A DNA stretch of 64,000 nt from Minisyncoccota bacterium (GTDB taxonomy: Bacteria > Patescibacteriota > Minisyncoccia > Phycocordibacterales > SBAW01): contig DASZWM010000003.1 of assembly GCA_035546615.1 (NCBI GenBank), positions 64,001 through 128,000 of the forward strand. The letters run 5' to 3'. The first letter of the stretch is position 1; every line of letters begins with the position of its first letter. The translations under genes were made by a program, and so were the position numbers. A model generated the notes under the pieces. That model was not told the origin of the DNA and ran no database searches. It was given only the letters and a program-made list of their open reading frames with translations. Positions 39,041 to 48,904 of this stretch are shown one piece after another.

Positions 39041-40912
39041 TTAGACTTTTATTTCCTTTTCGGGCGCGGCCGGCGCATCTGGAGCGTCATCGCCGTCCCC
39101 ATCCTCGGAAAGGGCTATCGGGGCCGGCGTTGGCTCGGCCTCGGGAGTATCGTCGAGCTCGAACTCGCCGCCGAGCGTGTTCACTTCCTCAAACGGCACC
39201 GTGCCCTGCGCTGACTTGATGATAGCATCCTCCTTCATGGTGAGCATGCCGTTCTTGCGCGCTATCGAGAACAGCTCGTCCTCCGGCTTGCCGGCGAGTA
39301 TCGCGTGCTCGAAGTCGGAGTTCATGCCCCACATCTCGAACGCCGCGATGCGGCCGCGCGTGCCCGACGGGCAGTCGGGAGTGACGTCCACGCGGTACAT
39401 CTCGTCAAGCGGCGGTATCTCCTTGCGGTATTCCTCCGGCAGGTCCGCGAACTGCTTGTCGAGCATCTCCTTGGTGCTGGAGTCGACTTCCACTTTTTTG
39501 CCGCCGCCCGGGCACAGGGTCTTCACCAGGCGCTGCGCCATGCCGAGGATGAGCACGGGCGGAATGAGGTACGGTTCCACGCCCATGTCCAGGAGGCGCG
39601 GGATGATACCGACGGAGTTGTTGGTGTGGATGGTCGAAAGCACGAGGTGGCCGGTCAGCGCCGCCTGCACCGCAAGGTTGGCGGTCTCGGCGTCGCGGAT
39701 CTCGCCCACCATGATGATGTTCGGGTCCTGGCGGAGCGTCGTGCGCAAGCCGTTGGCGAACGTGTAGCCTATTTCCGGCCGCACCTGCGACTGGGAGACG
39801 CCGGGTATCGTGTATTCGACCGGGTCCTCGAGGCTGAGCACGGTCTGCTTGTCGCGGTCCACCTCGTTAAGGAGCGCGTAGAGGGTCGTTGATTTGCCCG
39901 AGCCGGTCGGTCCCGAGATGAGTATCATGCCGTACGGCTTCTTTATCGCGGTGCGTATCATCTCGAGATTGCGCTTGGAGAGCCCGAAGTCCTCGAGCTT
40001 GAGGACTTTCGCGGAGGCCCCGAGAATTCTCATCACCACCTTCTCGCCGTAGTAGGTCGGGAACGTCGAGACGCGGAAGTCCACCTTGTTGCCGGCCACG
40101 CGCGCGGAGAAGCGGCCGTCCTGCGGCTTGCGCTTCTCGTCGAGCTTCATGTTTGAAAGCACCTTGATGCGCGCCACGACGGCCGAATGCACCTTGGGCG
40201 GCAGGGTGATGTTGGTTACAAGCACGCCGTCGATGCGGAAGCGCACGCGCGTCTGGTCGGCGAGCGGCTCTATGTGGATGTCGGACGCGCGCTGCTCGGC
40301 GGCGTGGCGCAGGACGGTCGCCACAATTTTGGTGACGGGCGCGTCCTCGGTTATCGCCTCCGCGCCGGTGTCGGTAATGATGTCCTCCTCGAGGCTGATG
40401 GAGCGCTTCTTGCCGTCCTTCCCCTCCTTCTGCGCTTCTATAGTGCTTTCGGTGTCGAGCTCGCCGAGCGCCTTGCCCACCTCGCCGGAGAGTCCTTTGT
40501 ACTGCTGGAGCAGGTGCTCGAAATCGGTGTCGGTAATGAGGAATATCTTGTACGGCATGCCTACCTTTGCGGAAATGAAAGTGAGCGCGTCGCGCGCTTC
40601 CAGGTTGTCCGGGTCGACGATGCCGACCTCAAGCGCGCCGTCGACTATCCCCAGCGGCGCAAAGCGGTAGTGGCGCGCGCTTTCCTCCGGCACGAACCGG
40701 AGCACCTCGAAGGGCACGTTCTTGTCGCCCACCTCGCGCGTCGGGAGGCCGTAATAGTCCCCCTTGGCCTTGAGCACCATAGGGAGCGTAATGCCGGCGG
40801 CCTGCAGCACGCCCTCGACGGTCGTGCCCGGCTTTGCGAGCTCGGCGCGAAGCTCGGCCGCCTTCGCGCGGTCAAGCGTCCCTGAATCGATTAAGAGTTG
40901 AAAGAGGTCCAT
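39041..40912 (-). CDS. pilB: type IV pilus assembly ATPase PilB (GspE family)
   Basis: 623 aa. N-terminal GSPII domains, Walker A GPTGSGKST and a tetra-Cys motif region. Confidence 0.9.
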   Translation of the reverse strand: MDLFQLLIDSGTLDRAKAAELRAELAKPGTTVEGVLQAAGITLPMVLKAKGDYYGLPTREVGDKNVPFEVLRFVPEESARHYRFAPLGIVDGALEVGIVDPDNLEARDALTFISAKVGMPYKIFLITDTDFEHLLQQYKGLSGEVGKALGELDTESTIEAQKEGKDGKKRSISLEEDIITDTGAEAITEDAPVTKIVATVLRHAAEQRASDIHIEPLADQTRVRFRIDGVLVTNITLPPKVHSAVVARIKVLSNMKLDEKRKPQDGRFSARVAGNKVDFRVSTFPTYYGEKVVMRILGASAKVLKLEDFGLSKRNLEMIRTAIKKPYGMILISGPTGSGKSTTLYALLNEVDRDKQTVLSLEDPVEYTIPGVSQSQVRPEIGYTFANGLRTTLRQDPNIIMVGEIRDAETANLAVQAALTGHLVLSTIHTNNSVGIIPRLLDMGVEPYLIPPVLILGMAQRLVKTLCPGGGKKVEVDSSTKEMLDKQFADLPEEYRKEIPPLDEMYRVDVTPDCPSGTRGRIAAFEMWGMNSDFEHAILAGKPEDELFSIARKNGMLTMKEDAIIKSAQGTVPFEEVNTLGGEFELDDTPEAEPTPAPIALSEDGDGDDAPDAPAAPEKEIKV

Positions 40913-40924
40913 AGCAGGCCATAC

Positions 40925-41215
40925 CTATAAGGGCGCGAACGGATTGCGCCGCCCCGCGTTCTCGGGCGGGATCTGCACGCCGTAGTCGGTAAGCGAGGTG
41001 AAAATGGGGTCGCTGAAGATGCTCGAGTCCAGGCGGATGACGGTAAGGTTCGAGAGCGTCGTAAGCACGTCAGCCGACAAGGGCGAGGCCTGCGGGATCT
41101 CCAGCAGGGTGTTGTTCGCCGGGCCGCCGGAGAAGTACGTCATATACAGCCACCAGGCGAGCACCGCCGCGACGACGAGGCCGATATACAGTTTGTTGTC
41201 TTTAAGGAATTGCAT
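40925..41215 (-). CDS. small membrane-anchored pilus assembly protein (PilP-like, tentative)
   Basis: 96 aa, single TM. Position between pilO and pilB. Confidence 0.35.
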   Translation of the reverse strand: MQFLKDNKLYIGLVVAAVLAWWLYMTYFSGGPANNTLLEIPQASPLSADVLTTLSNLTVIRLDSSIFSDPIFTSLTDYGVQIPPENAGRRNPFAPL

Positions 41216-41222
41216 GGTGGTG

Positions 41223-41774
41223 TTAATGGAGCCAGTAGGTCCGGATAGAAAGCGTGTAGTCGCTGAGGCCGGTTTCCGTCGCGGCGAACTTTATCTCCTC
41301 CACGTCCACGACGCGCAGACTGTGCTCGAGGTCCTGCAGGAACGCGAGGAAGTCGTCGTACGACGCCGAGAGCGTGAATCCGAGCGACACCGACCCTATC
41401 GCGTCTCCCGACGCCCCGACCGCGGCGGCGCTGCGCGCGGAGGCCGCGTCGGAAACGCTCCCGAGCTGCACATTCTTGAGGCTGAGCCCGTGGCGCGCGG
41501 CGATGTTGTTTATGTCGATGATGAGGTGGATATTGTCCACGTTGTCCGGGAGTATCTCCTCGAGCCGGTCCTTGTTCTCGACCGAGAAGGTGTTGAACGC
41601 CGCGGTCTTCTGGTCGCGTATCTTGCGCAGCTCCTGCGACTTGTCGAGCGCTTCGTCGTACGTCTTCACTTCCGCCTGGAGGCTCTTGGTGCTTTGATAG
41701 GTCGGATTGGTATACATAACGAAGAGGCCGATTGCGGCCAGGACGAGGAGGATGGGCAGTGCGAGTCTGGTCAT
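41223..41774 (-). CDS. pilO: type IV pilus assembly protein PilO-like
   Basis: N-terminal TM, coiled coil and a ferredoxin-like periplasmic domain. Position after pilN. Confidence 0.6.
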   Translation of the reverse strand: MTRLALPILLVLAAIGLFVMYTNPTYQSTKSLQAEVKTYDEALDKSQELRKIRDQKTAAFNTFSVENKDRLEEILPDNVDNIHLIIDINNIAARHGLSLKNVQLGSVSDAASARSAAAVGASGDAIGSVSLGFTLSASYDDFLAFLQDLEHSLRVVDVEEIKFAATETGLSDYTLSIRTYWLH

Positions 41775-41778
41775 GATG

Positions 41779-42462
41779 TTATTGGGCGGCTTTTGGCGCT
41801 CCTGACGAAGGGGGCGTTGTGGAGGCGGCCGGAGCCGCGGGCGTCTGGGGCGCGGCGGTTTCCGCCGGGGGCAGCGACTGCGGCGCGGCGAGGTTCTTGG
41901 CGTATGAGATGAGCGCGGAATCCACCGTAGCCGTTACATGGAACGATACGGCGCCGCTATCTTTTATCGCGATGTCCGAGAAGAGGAGGTCCTTGAGCAC
42001 CTTGCTCGCGCCGAACTGGTCGGATTGGAGCGCCACGCCGGAGAAGCTGTCGGCCACGCCGGAGAGAGTGATGTCAGCCGACCCGTCGTCCTTCAGCTCG
42101 TAGGAGAATTCCGTCAGCTGGACGCTTTCAAGCGTCTGCTGCGCGAGGAAGTAGAAGATCGCCGAAGGGGCGATGTGCTTGTTGAGGACCGCGCGGGCCT
42201 GGGTCAGGCGGGTATCGAACCGCACGAGCAATTGGATGCTGGGCAGGTCAAACGCCTCCTGGTACTTAACCAACGAGTCCTTTTTGTCCTGGAGCGACTT
42301 GTCGAGCAGGCGCGTATACGCGAAGGCGCCGCCCGCGGCCGCGATGGATGCGACGAAGAAGAGCACGGCTATAAGGAGAATGAGGCCGGAGAAGCCGCGC
42401 ACGCCGCGCGCCTCGACAAGCGGCTTCTTGGGTATGAACGATGCCTGGAGCGAAGGATCCAT
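41779..42462 (-). CDS. pilN: type IV pilus assembly protein PilN-like
   Basis: Short cytoplasmic N-terminus, single TM, periplasmic domain and a Pro/Ala-rich tail. Follows pilM. Confidence 0.6.
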   Translation of the reverse strand: MDPSLQASFIPKKPLVEARGVRGFSGLILLIAVLFFVASIAAAGGAFAYTRLLDKSLQDKKDSLVKYQEAFDLPSIQLLVRFDTRLTQARAVLNKHIAPSAIFYFLAQQTLESVQLTEFSYELKDDGSADITLSGVADSFSGVALQSDQFGASKVLKDLLFSDIAIKDSGAVSFHVTATVDSALISYAKNLAAPQSLPPAETAAPQTPAAPAASTTPPSSGAPKAAQ

Positions 42463-42560
42463 CTTGGGCTTAATTATATAGTATGAAAAAACATCGCATG
42501 AGAGCTATCAACAAGCGAGTTCGCGCAGTTGATAGCAAATTAAATAGTCAACATGGTCTT

Positions 42561-43670
42561 TTATCCGACTTCCTGCAGCCGTCTGAGCGCCAGCCCCACC
42601 GCCACCGCAAACTCCGGTCCCGCTTCTTTCAGTATGCCTTCGAGGAAGGCGGGCGCCTGGGTCTTTCCGAACGGGTCGGCGAGCCGTATCTCGTTGGGAA
42701 TCTTGCTTTGGGCGAATTCCTTGAAGCCTTTCAGCGCCGCTCCCCCGCCGGTCGCTACCAGAGTGCTCAGGGTCTGGTTGGTGCGCTGCTCGTAGCCGAC
42801 TATTGTGCGCGAGAGCTCGGAGAGAAGCGGCGCCAGCGACAGCTCGAAGGACTGCACCAGCTGCGCCGTTACCTCGTTCTGCTGGGCGGCCGTGGGCGCG
42901 AGGCCGACCTTCCTCTTTCTCTCCTCGGCCTCCATGACCGAAATGTTGAGCGCGCGCGAAGCGGCGAGCGTGAGGTTCTGCGAGCCCTGGTTGATGATAT
43001 GGCTCTCGTGTATGAGCCCGCGCTCGACGACATAGAACTTCGTCGTCGCCGCGCCCATGTCAACGACCGCCACCGGCGCCAGGCCGTGCTCGAGCGCCGC
43101 GCGCACCGCGCTGAAGACCTCTATTTCGAAAAACGCCACCGCAAGCGCCGCGTCGGAGGCTATTGCGCGGAACTTCGCGATGGTGTCGTTATGTATCGCC
43201 ACCAGGAGCACTTCTATCTTGTCCTGCTCTCCCTTGGCGGCGGCCTTGTCGTTGCCGACCACGAACCAATCGAGCAGGACTTCGTTTATGGGCACCGGGA
43301 TATACTTGCGCGCCTCGATAGGCACGACCTGCGCCAGCTGCTTCTCGACCGTAGCGGGGAGCTTAATGATGGAAATGAGGCTCGAGGAGTACGGAATGGA
43401 TATCGCCGCGTCGGCAGTGGTGACATTGGCCTCGCGGATGACATCCTTGAGCGCTTCTGATATCTTGTCGGCCGGAAGCGAGGTCGCGCGGCCTATCTCC
43501 ACCCCCGCATAGGGGCCGAGCGATATCGCGCCGTAGGTTTCCAGTATCACCTTCCCCTTCTCGCGCCTCAGCTGCACGACCTTTATGGCCGAGGTACCGA
43601 TATCCACCCCAAGCACGCTATGCGCTTCCTGCGAGAACATTTTAGAGAAATCAGGGATAGAGAACGCCAT
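42561..43670 (-). CDS. pilM: type IV pilus assembly protein PilM (actin-like ATPase)
   Basis: Actin-fold motifs (GVDIGTSAIKVV; DMGAATTKF). 369 aa. Confidence 0.85.
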   Translation of the reverse strand: MAFSIPDFSKMFSQEAHSVLGVDIGTSAIKVVQLRREKGKVILETYGAISLGPYAGVEIGRATSLPADKISEALKDVIREANVTTADAAISIPYSSSLISIIKLPATVEKQLAQVVPIEARKYIPVPINEVLLDWFVVGNDKAAAKGEQDKIEVLLVAIHNDTIAKFRAIASDAALAVAFFEIEVFSAVRAALEHGLAPVAVVDMGAATTKFYVVERGLIHESHIINQGSQNLTLAASRALNISVMEAEERKRKVGLAPTAAQQNEVTAQLVQSFELSLAPLLSELSRTIVGYEQRTNQTLSTLVATGGGAALKGFKEFAQSKIPNEIRLADPFGKTQAPAFLEGILKEAGPEFAVAVGLALRRLQEVG

Positions 43671-43708
43671 ATAGAAGAATATCTTCCTTATTATACCATT
43701 TTATATCC

Positions 43709-44320
43709 ATGCTTCGCGCGATTTCCTCATTGTTTGCCTCTTTGGTCGGCCTGCTTATCCCGCCGCGGCGCAACGAGCGGGTCGTTGCGGCGATGACGCT
43801 CGATGATCTGGAGCAATTGCGCGCCGAGGACGGGCTTCCTTATCGCGACGAGCGCGTCAGGGCGTTTATATGGGAGCTTAAATACAACAAAAACCCCCAC
43901 GCGCTCAGGCTTGCGGGCGAATTCCTGGCCGAAGACCTGCTCGGCATCGCCGAAGAAGAGCTGGGCCGGCCGCTGTTGGTGCCTATTCCCATGCATGCAA
44001 CAAGGAGGCGCGAGCGCGGGCACAATCAGACCGAAGCTTTATGCGAAGCGGCGCTCGCATTCGTGAACGATTCATTCGAGTACATGCCGAACGCGCTTGC
44101 GCGCATAGCACATACGCCGCCTCAGCAGGGACTTCCCCGCCGCAAGCGGCTTGAAAACCTTATCGGCTCGATGCAGGCAAATGCAGATGCGGTTCGGGGC
44201 CGCGTATGCGTCGTCATGGACGACGTTTCTACGACGGGCGCCACGTTTGCGGAAGCCAAACGCGCCCTGCGCGAAGCCGGCGCCAAGCGCGTGCACCCGG
44301 TCGCGCTTGCTCGCTCCTAA
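43709..44320 (+). CDS. comF: ComF family protein (competence, phosphoribosyltransferase domain)
   Basis: C-terminal PRTase motif VCVVMDDVSTTGATF. 203 aa. Confidence 0.75.
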   Translation: MLRAISSLFASLVGLLIPPRRNERVVAAMTLDDLEQLRAEDGLPYRDERVRAFIWELKYNKNPHALRLAGEFLAEDLLGIAEEELGRPLLVPIPMHATRRRERGHNQTEALCEAALAFVNDSFEYMPNALARIAHTPPQQGLPRRKRLENLIGSMQANADAVRGRVCVVMDDVSTTGATFAEAKRALREAGAKRVHPVALARS

Positions 44321-45957
44321 TCTTCTTCCTCGATAAGGCCCAATTTGATGAGTCGCGCGCGTATGGAGCCCGGCTGGCGGCCGAATTCGCTCGCCAGGCT
44401 CTTTTGCGACTCGTTCGAGAGGAACTTTTCCTTCAGCCGTTCGTCTTCTTCCTTGCTCCACGGCCGATAGGCGTTGGGATGCTTCTGCCTCAGCAGTTCA
44501 AGCTTGCCCGGTCCGGCTTCAGCGGGTTTTTGCGCCGCGACCGGCTCAATAGAACCGCCCGAGGCTTTTATAAAATTGTTCTGCATTACCAGAAGCTCTT
44601 GTGCAGGCATCGCGCCGAAGGCTTGCTGTGCGGCTTCAGAAGCGGCGCGGAACTCCGCATCCTTCTTCCGTATCTCCGGATGCACTTCAAGCGCGCGCTC
44701 GTTGAGGCCGCTCAGGGAAAGCCCCGCAAGCGTGCGTACGCGAGAGAGCGCGACGTATCCCTGCCCGTATTCGAAGGCGCTCGATAGGTCCATATGCGCG
44801 GCATCAAGCGACATGCCCTGGCTTTTATGCACCGTCATCGCCCACGCGAGCCTGAGCGGCAGCTGGTGTATGGAGGCCAGCGTCTTTCCGCCGTCGTCTA
44901 TGCGCCATTCGGCAGGCTCCACCACCATGGTGCGGCCGCTATGCGTCCTAACCGTCGGGTAGCCGGTCTCTTTTGCAAAACCCGTCACGACGCCAAGCGT
45001 GCCGTTCACGTACGCGCGGCCCGCGATATCGTTCTTGGTAAACATTACTTTGGCGCCCGGCTTGAGCGAAAGCGTTTCGGGCGACAGGCAGCCGCGCTTA
45101 AGCGCCTCCACGAGCCGGTCGCTGCCGCGGCTTGTCATCGTGAATACGCGCGAGGTCTCAGGAATTTTCCCAAGCTCCGCATCGTTTATCTGATTCACGT
45201 CGGCATTGTGCGAGAACAGCTGCGTGCGGCCCGGCTCCGCCTTTGCGGCGCGGCGCGCCTGAAGCATTTCGCGGTGCGTTTCGTCCACGTCCCCGCTGCG
45301 AATAGCCGAAAGTATGCCGAGAAAGTCGTCGTCTTCCTGCCGGTGCTGTTCGGAGATGTAGCAGACTATCGGATTAAGCGTTTTCCAAGCATTAGAGGTG
45401 AAAGCGAATTGCGTCTGCGAGGCCGCGGCGACAAACATATCGCCCTCCTCGTTGCTCGCTTCTTCCCTGGGAGTGACCGGCGGCAGCTGGAAGAAGTCGC
45501 CTACCAAAAGCACCTGGAGCCCGCCGAAGGGCTTCGGATTCATCCGCACTTCCCTGCACACGGCCTCCACCATCGCGAAGGTTTGGGACGAGAGCATCGA
45601 TATCTCGTCGATTATCAGAATCTTCGTATCGCGGATGCGCTTGGCAACGCGCTCGTTCTGCGAGATGCGGTCAAGCTCGTATGCAGAGAGCGTTCGCTTG
45701 ATGCCAATGCCGCTCCACGAATGTATGGTGTAGCCGCCGATGTGCGTCGCCGCAATTCCTGTGGAGGCGGTGATGGCGGGCTCAATGCCCCGCTCGCGCA
45801 GCCACTTCACGTATTCGTTGACAGTGTGCGTCTTGCCGGAGCCGGGCTCGCCGGTCAAGAAAACATTCGCGCCGGTCTTTAAAATAGTCAGTGCTTCCTG
45901 CTGGGTCATCAGGCTATTGTATGTGCCTAAGCCAAGAGCGCAAACTTGTGTACACAA
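44317..45957 (-). CDS. PIF1/RecD-like 5'-3' DNA helicase with C-terminal HTH-like tail
   Basis: Walker A GEPGSGKT. AAA_30 and UvrD_C_2-type helicase core. A Lys/Arg-rich linker, then a C-terminal SEFGRQPGSIRARLIKLG segment. Stop codons converge with comF (4-nt overlap). Confidence 0.7.
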   Translation of the reverse strand: MCTQVCALGLGTYNSLMTQQEALTILKTGANVFLTGEPGSGKTHTVNEYVKWLRERGIEPAITASTGIAATHIGGYTIHSWSGIGIKRTLSAYELDRISQNERVAKRIRDTKILIIDEISMLSSQTFAMVEAVCREVRMNPKPFGGLQVLLVGDFFQLPPVTPREEASNEEGDMFVAAASQTQFAFTSNAWKTLNPIVCYISEQHRQEDDDFLGILSAIRSGDVDETHREMLQARRAAKAEPGRTQLFSHNADVNQINDAELGKIPETSRVFTMTSRGSDRLVEALKRGCLSPETLSLKPGAKVMFTKNDIAGRAYVNGTLGVVTGFAKETGYPTVRTHSGRTMVVEPAEWRIDDGGKTLASIHQLPLRLAWAMTVHKSQGMSLDAAHMDLSSAFEYGQGYVALSRVRTLAGLSLSGLNERALEVHPEIRKKDAEFRAASEAAQQAFGAMPAQELLVMQNNFIKASGGSIEPVAAQKPAEAGPGKLELLRQKHPNAYRPWSKEEDERLKEKFLSNESQKSLASEFGRQPGSIRARLIKLGLIEEED

Positions 45958-45959
45958 AT

Positions 45960-46406
45960 CTAGCCGAATATCTTTTCCTCTTTAAGTATCTTCACGATGC
46001 GGCCGCGCAGGCCGAACATGCGCGACAGAAGCGCCGATGATACGAAGGCGAACGTTATCGCCGTCGCGTCCAAACCGGTGTGGACGACGTCAAAAAATAC
46101 CGCGCGGCTTACCTCAAACACAATATATGCCACGAGCACGAACCACCCTATCTTGTCGATGCGGCCCACGACCCGCTGCCCGTCTTCATTCCAAGACAAA
46201 TGAAATATGCGGCTGGTGAACCAGCCAACGACAGTGCCGACCGCAATTGACGCCAGAGCCACAGGCACTGTAATGGCGCCCTGCACAATATCCCATCCTA
46301 CGACCGCAAGCGTGATGCCGCCGATTATAAAGAACATGCGGAGGCGGCGCTGGAGCGTCGGGTGCACATGATGCCGGAAATCCTTCCGGCCGTGAGTATA
46401 GAGCAT
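45960..46406 (-). CDS. hypothetical membrane protein
   Basis: 148 aa, 4 TM. Confidence 0.4.
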   Translation of the reverse strand: MLYTHGRKDFRHHVHPTLQRRLRMFFIIGGITLAVVGWDIVQGAITVPVALASIAVGTVVGWFTSRIFHLSWNEDGQRVVGRIDKIGWFVLVAYIVFEVSRAVFFDVVHTGLDATAITFAFVSSALLSRMFGLRGRIVKILKEEKIFG

Positions 46407-46434
46407 CTATCTATTATAGCATTTTGCCCAAATG

Positions 46435-46521
46435 CGGAGGCGGAAGGATTCGAACCTTCGGTCCAGTTTCCCGGACAACAACTTAGCAGGTTGCTGCATT
46501 CGACCGCTCTGCCACGCCTCC
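46435..46521 (-). tRNA. tRNA-Ser (anticodon GCU), class II
   Basis: GGAGGCG acceptor, anticodon arm GCAAC-CUGCUAA-GUUGU, long variable arm UGUCCGGGAAACUGGACC, T-loop UUCGAAU, discriminator G. Confidence 0.85.
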
Positions 46522-46535
46522 GTTACCTCAACACC

Positions 46536-47837
46536 TTACAACAAATTCTCCCTTGACGCACCCCGTTTGCGCTCTTCTTTTACATGACGGTACAGTGTTA
46601 GCAACTCATCCGCAATGCGTGCGCTTCGGAACCGCTCCGACGTCTGTTGGGCGGCGGCGGCCATTGCCAGCCGCTTATCGGTATCGCCAAGCAGTTCTCT
46701 CGCCCGCTCTTCCGCTTCCTTCTCCGTCGATACCAGGAACCCGTTCCTCCCGTCTTCTATTATTTCCGGAGCTACGCCGACGGCGAAAGAAATAGGTACC
46801 AGTCCCTGCGACATGCCTTCTATCAAGCTGAGCGAAAAGCCTTCGTACCGGGAGGAAAGGAACAGGATGCTGCCGAAGAGCGGGGCAAGCGCGCCCGGAA
46901 TCAGGTCTTTGCGCAAATTCACAAACATATGATGCTTGGGAAAAGAGACTCGCAACCACTCTTTAAGCTTGCGGTTGGTCGTCATGCAGACCGTCGTTTT
47001 TGGAACATCCGGAAAAGCGCGGAAAAAGGCGACCAAGCGAGACAAGCCTTTTAGTTTTAGCGTAAAAACGTCATTGCCCAGCCGACCGAGAAATACCAGA
47101 TGGGGAGGCTGCGCGGCAACGGTACGCCTCGATTCGAACCAGTAATCCTCGATGGCATTATGGATGACGTGGATCCGTTCGGACGGAATATCCATAGCAA
47201 TAAGCTCATCTCTTACTTTCTGGGAAGTGGCGATGCAGGCGGCCGCGCGAGAAGCGGTCAAGGCTTCCACGTCCGCCACATCCTCCATCGGGCGAAATGT
47301 TTTAAGTTCTATTTCTGGAATGATTTGAAGCGCTGTTAACTCTCTAAATACCGCTTTCTCATGCCGCGGAAGCAGTTTCGTCTGGGGAACGGAATCAAGA
47401 TATCCGCGAACGGTAGAGCCGAAATGACAAATGATGGGCGTAGTAAAAGAAGTGAACGGAAGTGGCGTATATGTTGTGCCTTGAATGATGTCGTATTTGA
47501 GCATCGCGTCTTTATGCTCAAGCATCGAATAGAAGAAGAGAATGTTCGCTATGCCGCGCAGGTGCACAGGAGCGTCGGTCAGCTGGTGTCGGGGGTAAAA
47601 ATTCTTGATCTGCACTCCGCGCGCGGCAAGCGCCCGGGCCATAAGGCGGTTTATCTGCGCGGCTCCGGTATGCATGCCGGCATGTACGCGCTTTTCGTTA
47701 TGGATAAAAGCGACTTTTATGCCGCTGCGCCGGACAGTTTTGGGCAACGGCTCAGCCTTATCCGAAGAAAACCGCCGAAGCAGGGAGCGGGTGGCGCGGA
47801 AGGCCCGCCGCTGAAGACCATGTCCCCATTCTTGCAT
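46536..47837 (-). CDS. glycosyltransferase family 4 (GT-B, RfaG-like)
   Basis: C-terminal GT1/GT4 motif region (EGFSLSLIEGMSQGLVPIS). 433 aa. Confidence 0.75.
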   Translation of the reverse strand: MQEWGHGLQRRAFRATRSLLRRFSSDKAEPLPKTVRRSGIKVAFIHNEKRVHAGMHTGAAQINRLMARALAARGVQIKNFYPRHQLTDAPVHLRGIANILFFYSMLEHKDAMLKYDIIQGTTYTPLPFTSFTTPIICHFGSTVRGYLDSVPQTKLLPRHEKAVFRELTALQIIPEIELKTFRPMEDVADVEALTASRAAACIATSQKVRDELIAMDIPSERIHVIHNAIEDYWFESRRTVAAQPPHLVFLGRLGNDVFTLKLKGLSRLVAFFRAFPDVPKTTVCMTTNRKLKEWLRVSFPKHHMFVNLRKDLIPGALAPLFGSILFLSSRYEGFSLSLIEGMSQGLVPISFAVGVAPEIIEDGRNGFLVSTEKEAEERARELLGDTDKRLAMAAAAQQTSERFRSARIADELLTLYRHVKEERKRGASRENLL

Positions 47838-47882
47838 TATATTCGGTTATACCACAGCCTCATCAGGCAGGAAATCGGAGAT

Positions 47883-48173
47883 CTACAAAAACTTCTCGCC
47901 GTAGCGGCGCATGGCATTTTCCACCATCTTGAGCCCCTCCCCTTTGCGGGTCGCGGCATAGGCGCCGCTGCGCAGCTTACGCACTATCCGCTCGTCTTCG
48001 AGCTTCTTGAGCTTGAGGGCCAACGTGCGCGTTGAGATGCCGGAGAGTTCGCGCTCAAGCTCGCAGAAATGGAGCGGCCCTTCCAAAAGGGCGTGCGCGA
48101 TGAGCATGGTCCAGGTGTCGGAGAGCATCCGGGCGGTCTTCGTGATGGGGCAGGTTGTTTTGAGGGGCTTCAT
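47883..48173 (-). CDS. HxlR-family winged-helix transcriptional regulator
   Basis: Motif CPITKTARMLSDTWTMLIAHALLEGPLHFCELER. Confidence 0.75.
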   Translation of the reverse strand: MKPLKTTCPITKTARMLSDTWTMLIAHALLEGPLHFCELERELSGISTRTLALKLKKLEDERIVRKLRSGAYAATRKGEGLKMVENAMRRYGEKFL

Positions 48174-48274
48174 GGCCTGTACACCTATTATAGCATAGGT
48201 CGGAGTTAATAAGTACTTTACTTTGTAAAGTACTAGTTGATATACTGGACGTCTATTTATAACTCATAACCACT

Positions 48275-48892
48275 ATGGAATATAACGCAATCGCGCCCCG
48301 CGCCGTGCTTGAAAAGACGGTCGAAGCGCTCAAGAGCATGAACGTGGAGGGAATAATCGTGAAGGACCGCTCCGAGGCGCTCGCCAAAATAAAGGAGCTT
48401 ATCCCCGCCGGAGCTTCCGTCATGAACGGCGCTTCCAAGACCCTTGAGGAAATCGGCTTCGTCGGCCATCTCAAGTCAGGCGACCACGACTGGCACAACC
48501 TGCACGAGGCAATACTCAGCGAGAAGGACCCTGTCGAGCAGGCAAAGCTCCGGAAAATGTCGGTAGTATCCGACTTCTACCTCGGCAGCGTGCATGCGAT
48601 CGCGCAGACCGGCGAAATGGTTATCGTCTCGAACACCGGCAGCCAGCTCCCCCACATCGTCTACACGTCGCCGAACCTTATCTTCGTGGTGGGCGCGAAC
48701 AAGGTGATGCCCACGCTCGAGGACGCGCGCAAGCGCGTGGTCGAGCATGTGGTCCCGCTTGAGGACGTGCGGCTTATGGGCGTCTACAACGCGCATACGC
48801 ACCTCTCCAAGGAGCTCATATTCCATTGGGAGAACCCGATGATGGGCCGCAAGGTGCGGGTGCTCTTGGTCGAGGAAGCGCTCGGCTTCTAA
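48275..48892 (+). CDS. LUD-domain protein (LutC/YkgG-like)
   Basis: LUD/DUF162 pattern (VVSNTGSQLPHIVYTSPNLIFVVGANKV). Divergently arranged with the HxlR regulator. Confidence 0.6.
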   Translation: MEYNAIAPRAVLEKTVEALKSMNVEGIIVKDRSEALAKIKELIPAGASVMNGASKTLEEIGFVGHLKSGDHDWHNLHEAILSEKDPVEQAKLRKMSVVSDFYLGSVHAIAQTGEMVIVSNTGSQLPHIVYTSPNLIFVVGANKVMPTLEDARKRVVEHVVPLEDVRLMGVYNAHTHLSKELIFHWENPMMGRKVRVLLVEEALGF

Positions 48893-48904
48893 AAAGAAAG
48901 CGTA

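Noticed and set aside
44794-45882. 362-aa plus-strand ORF
   Set aside because: Antisense to the PIF1-like helicase.
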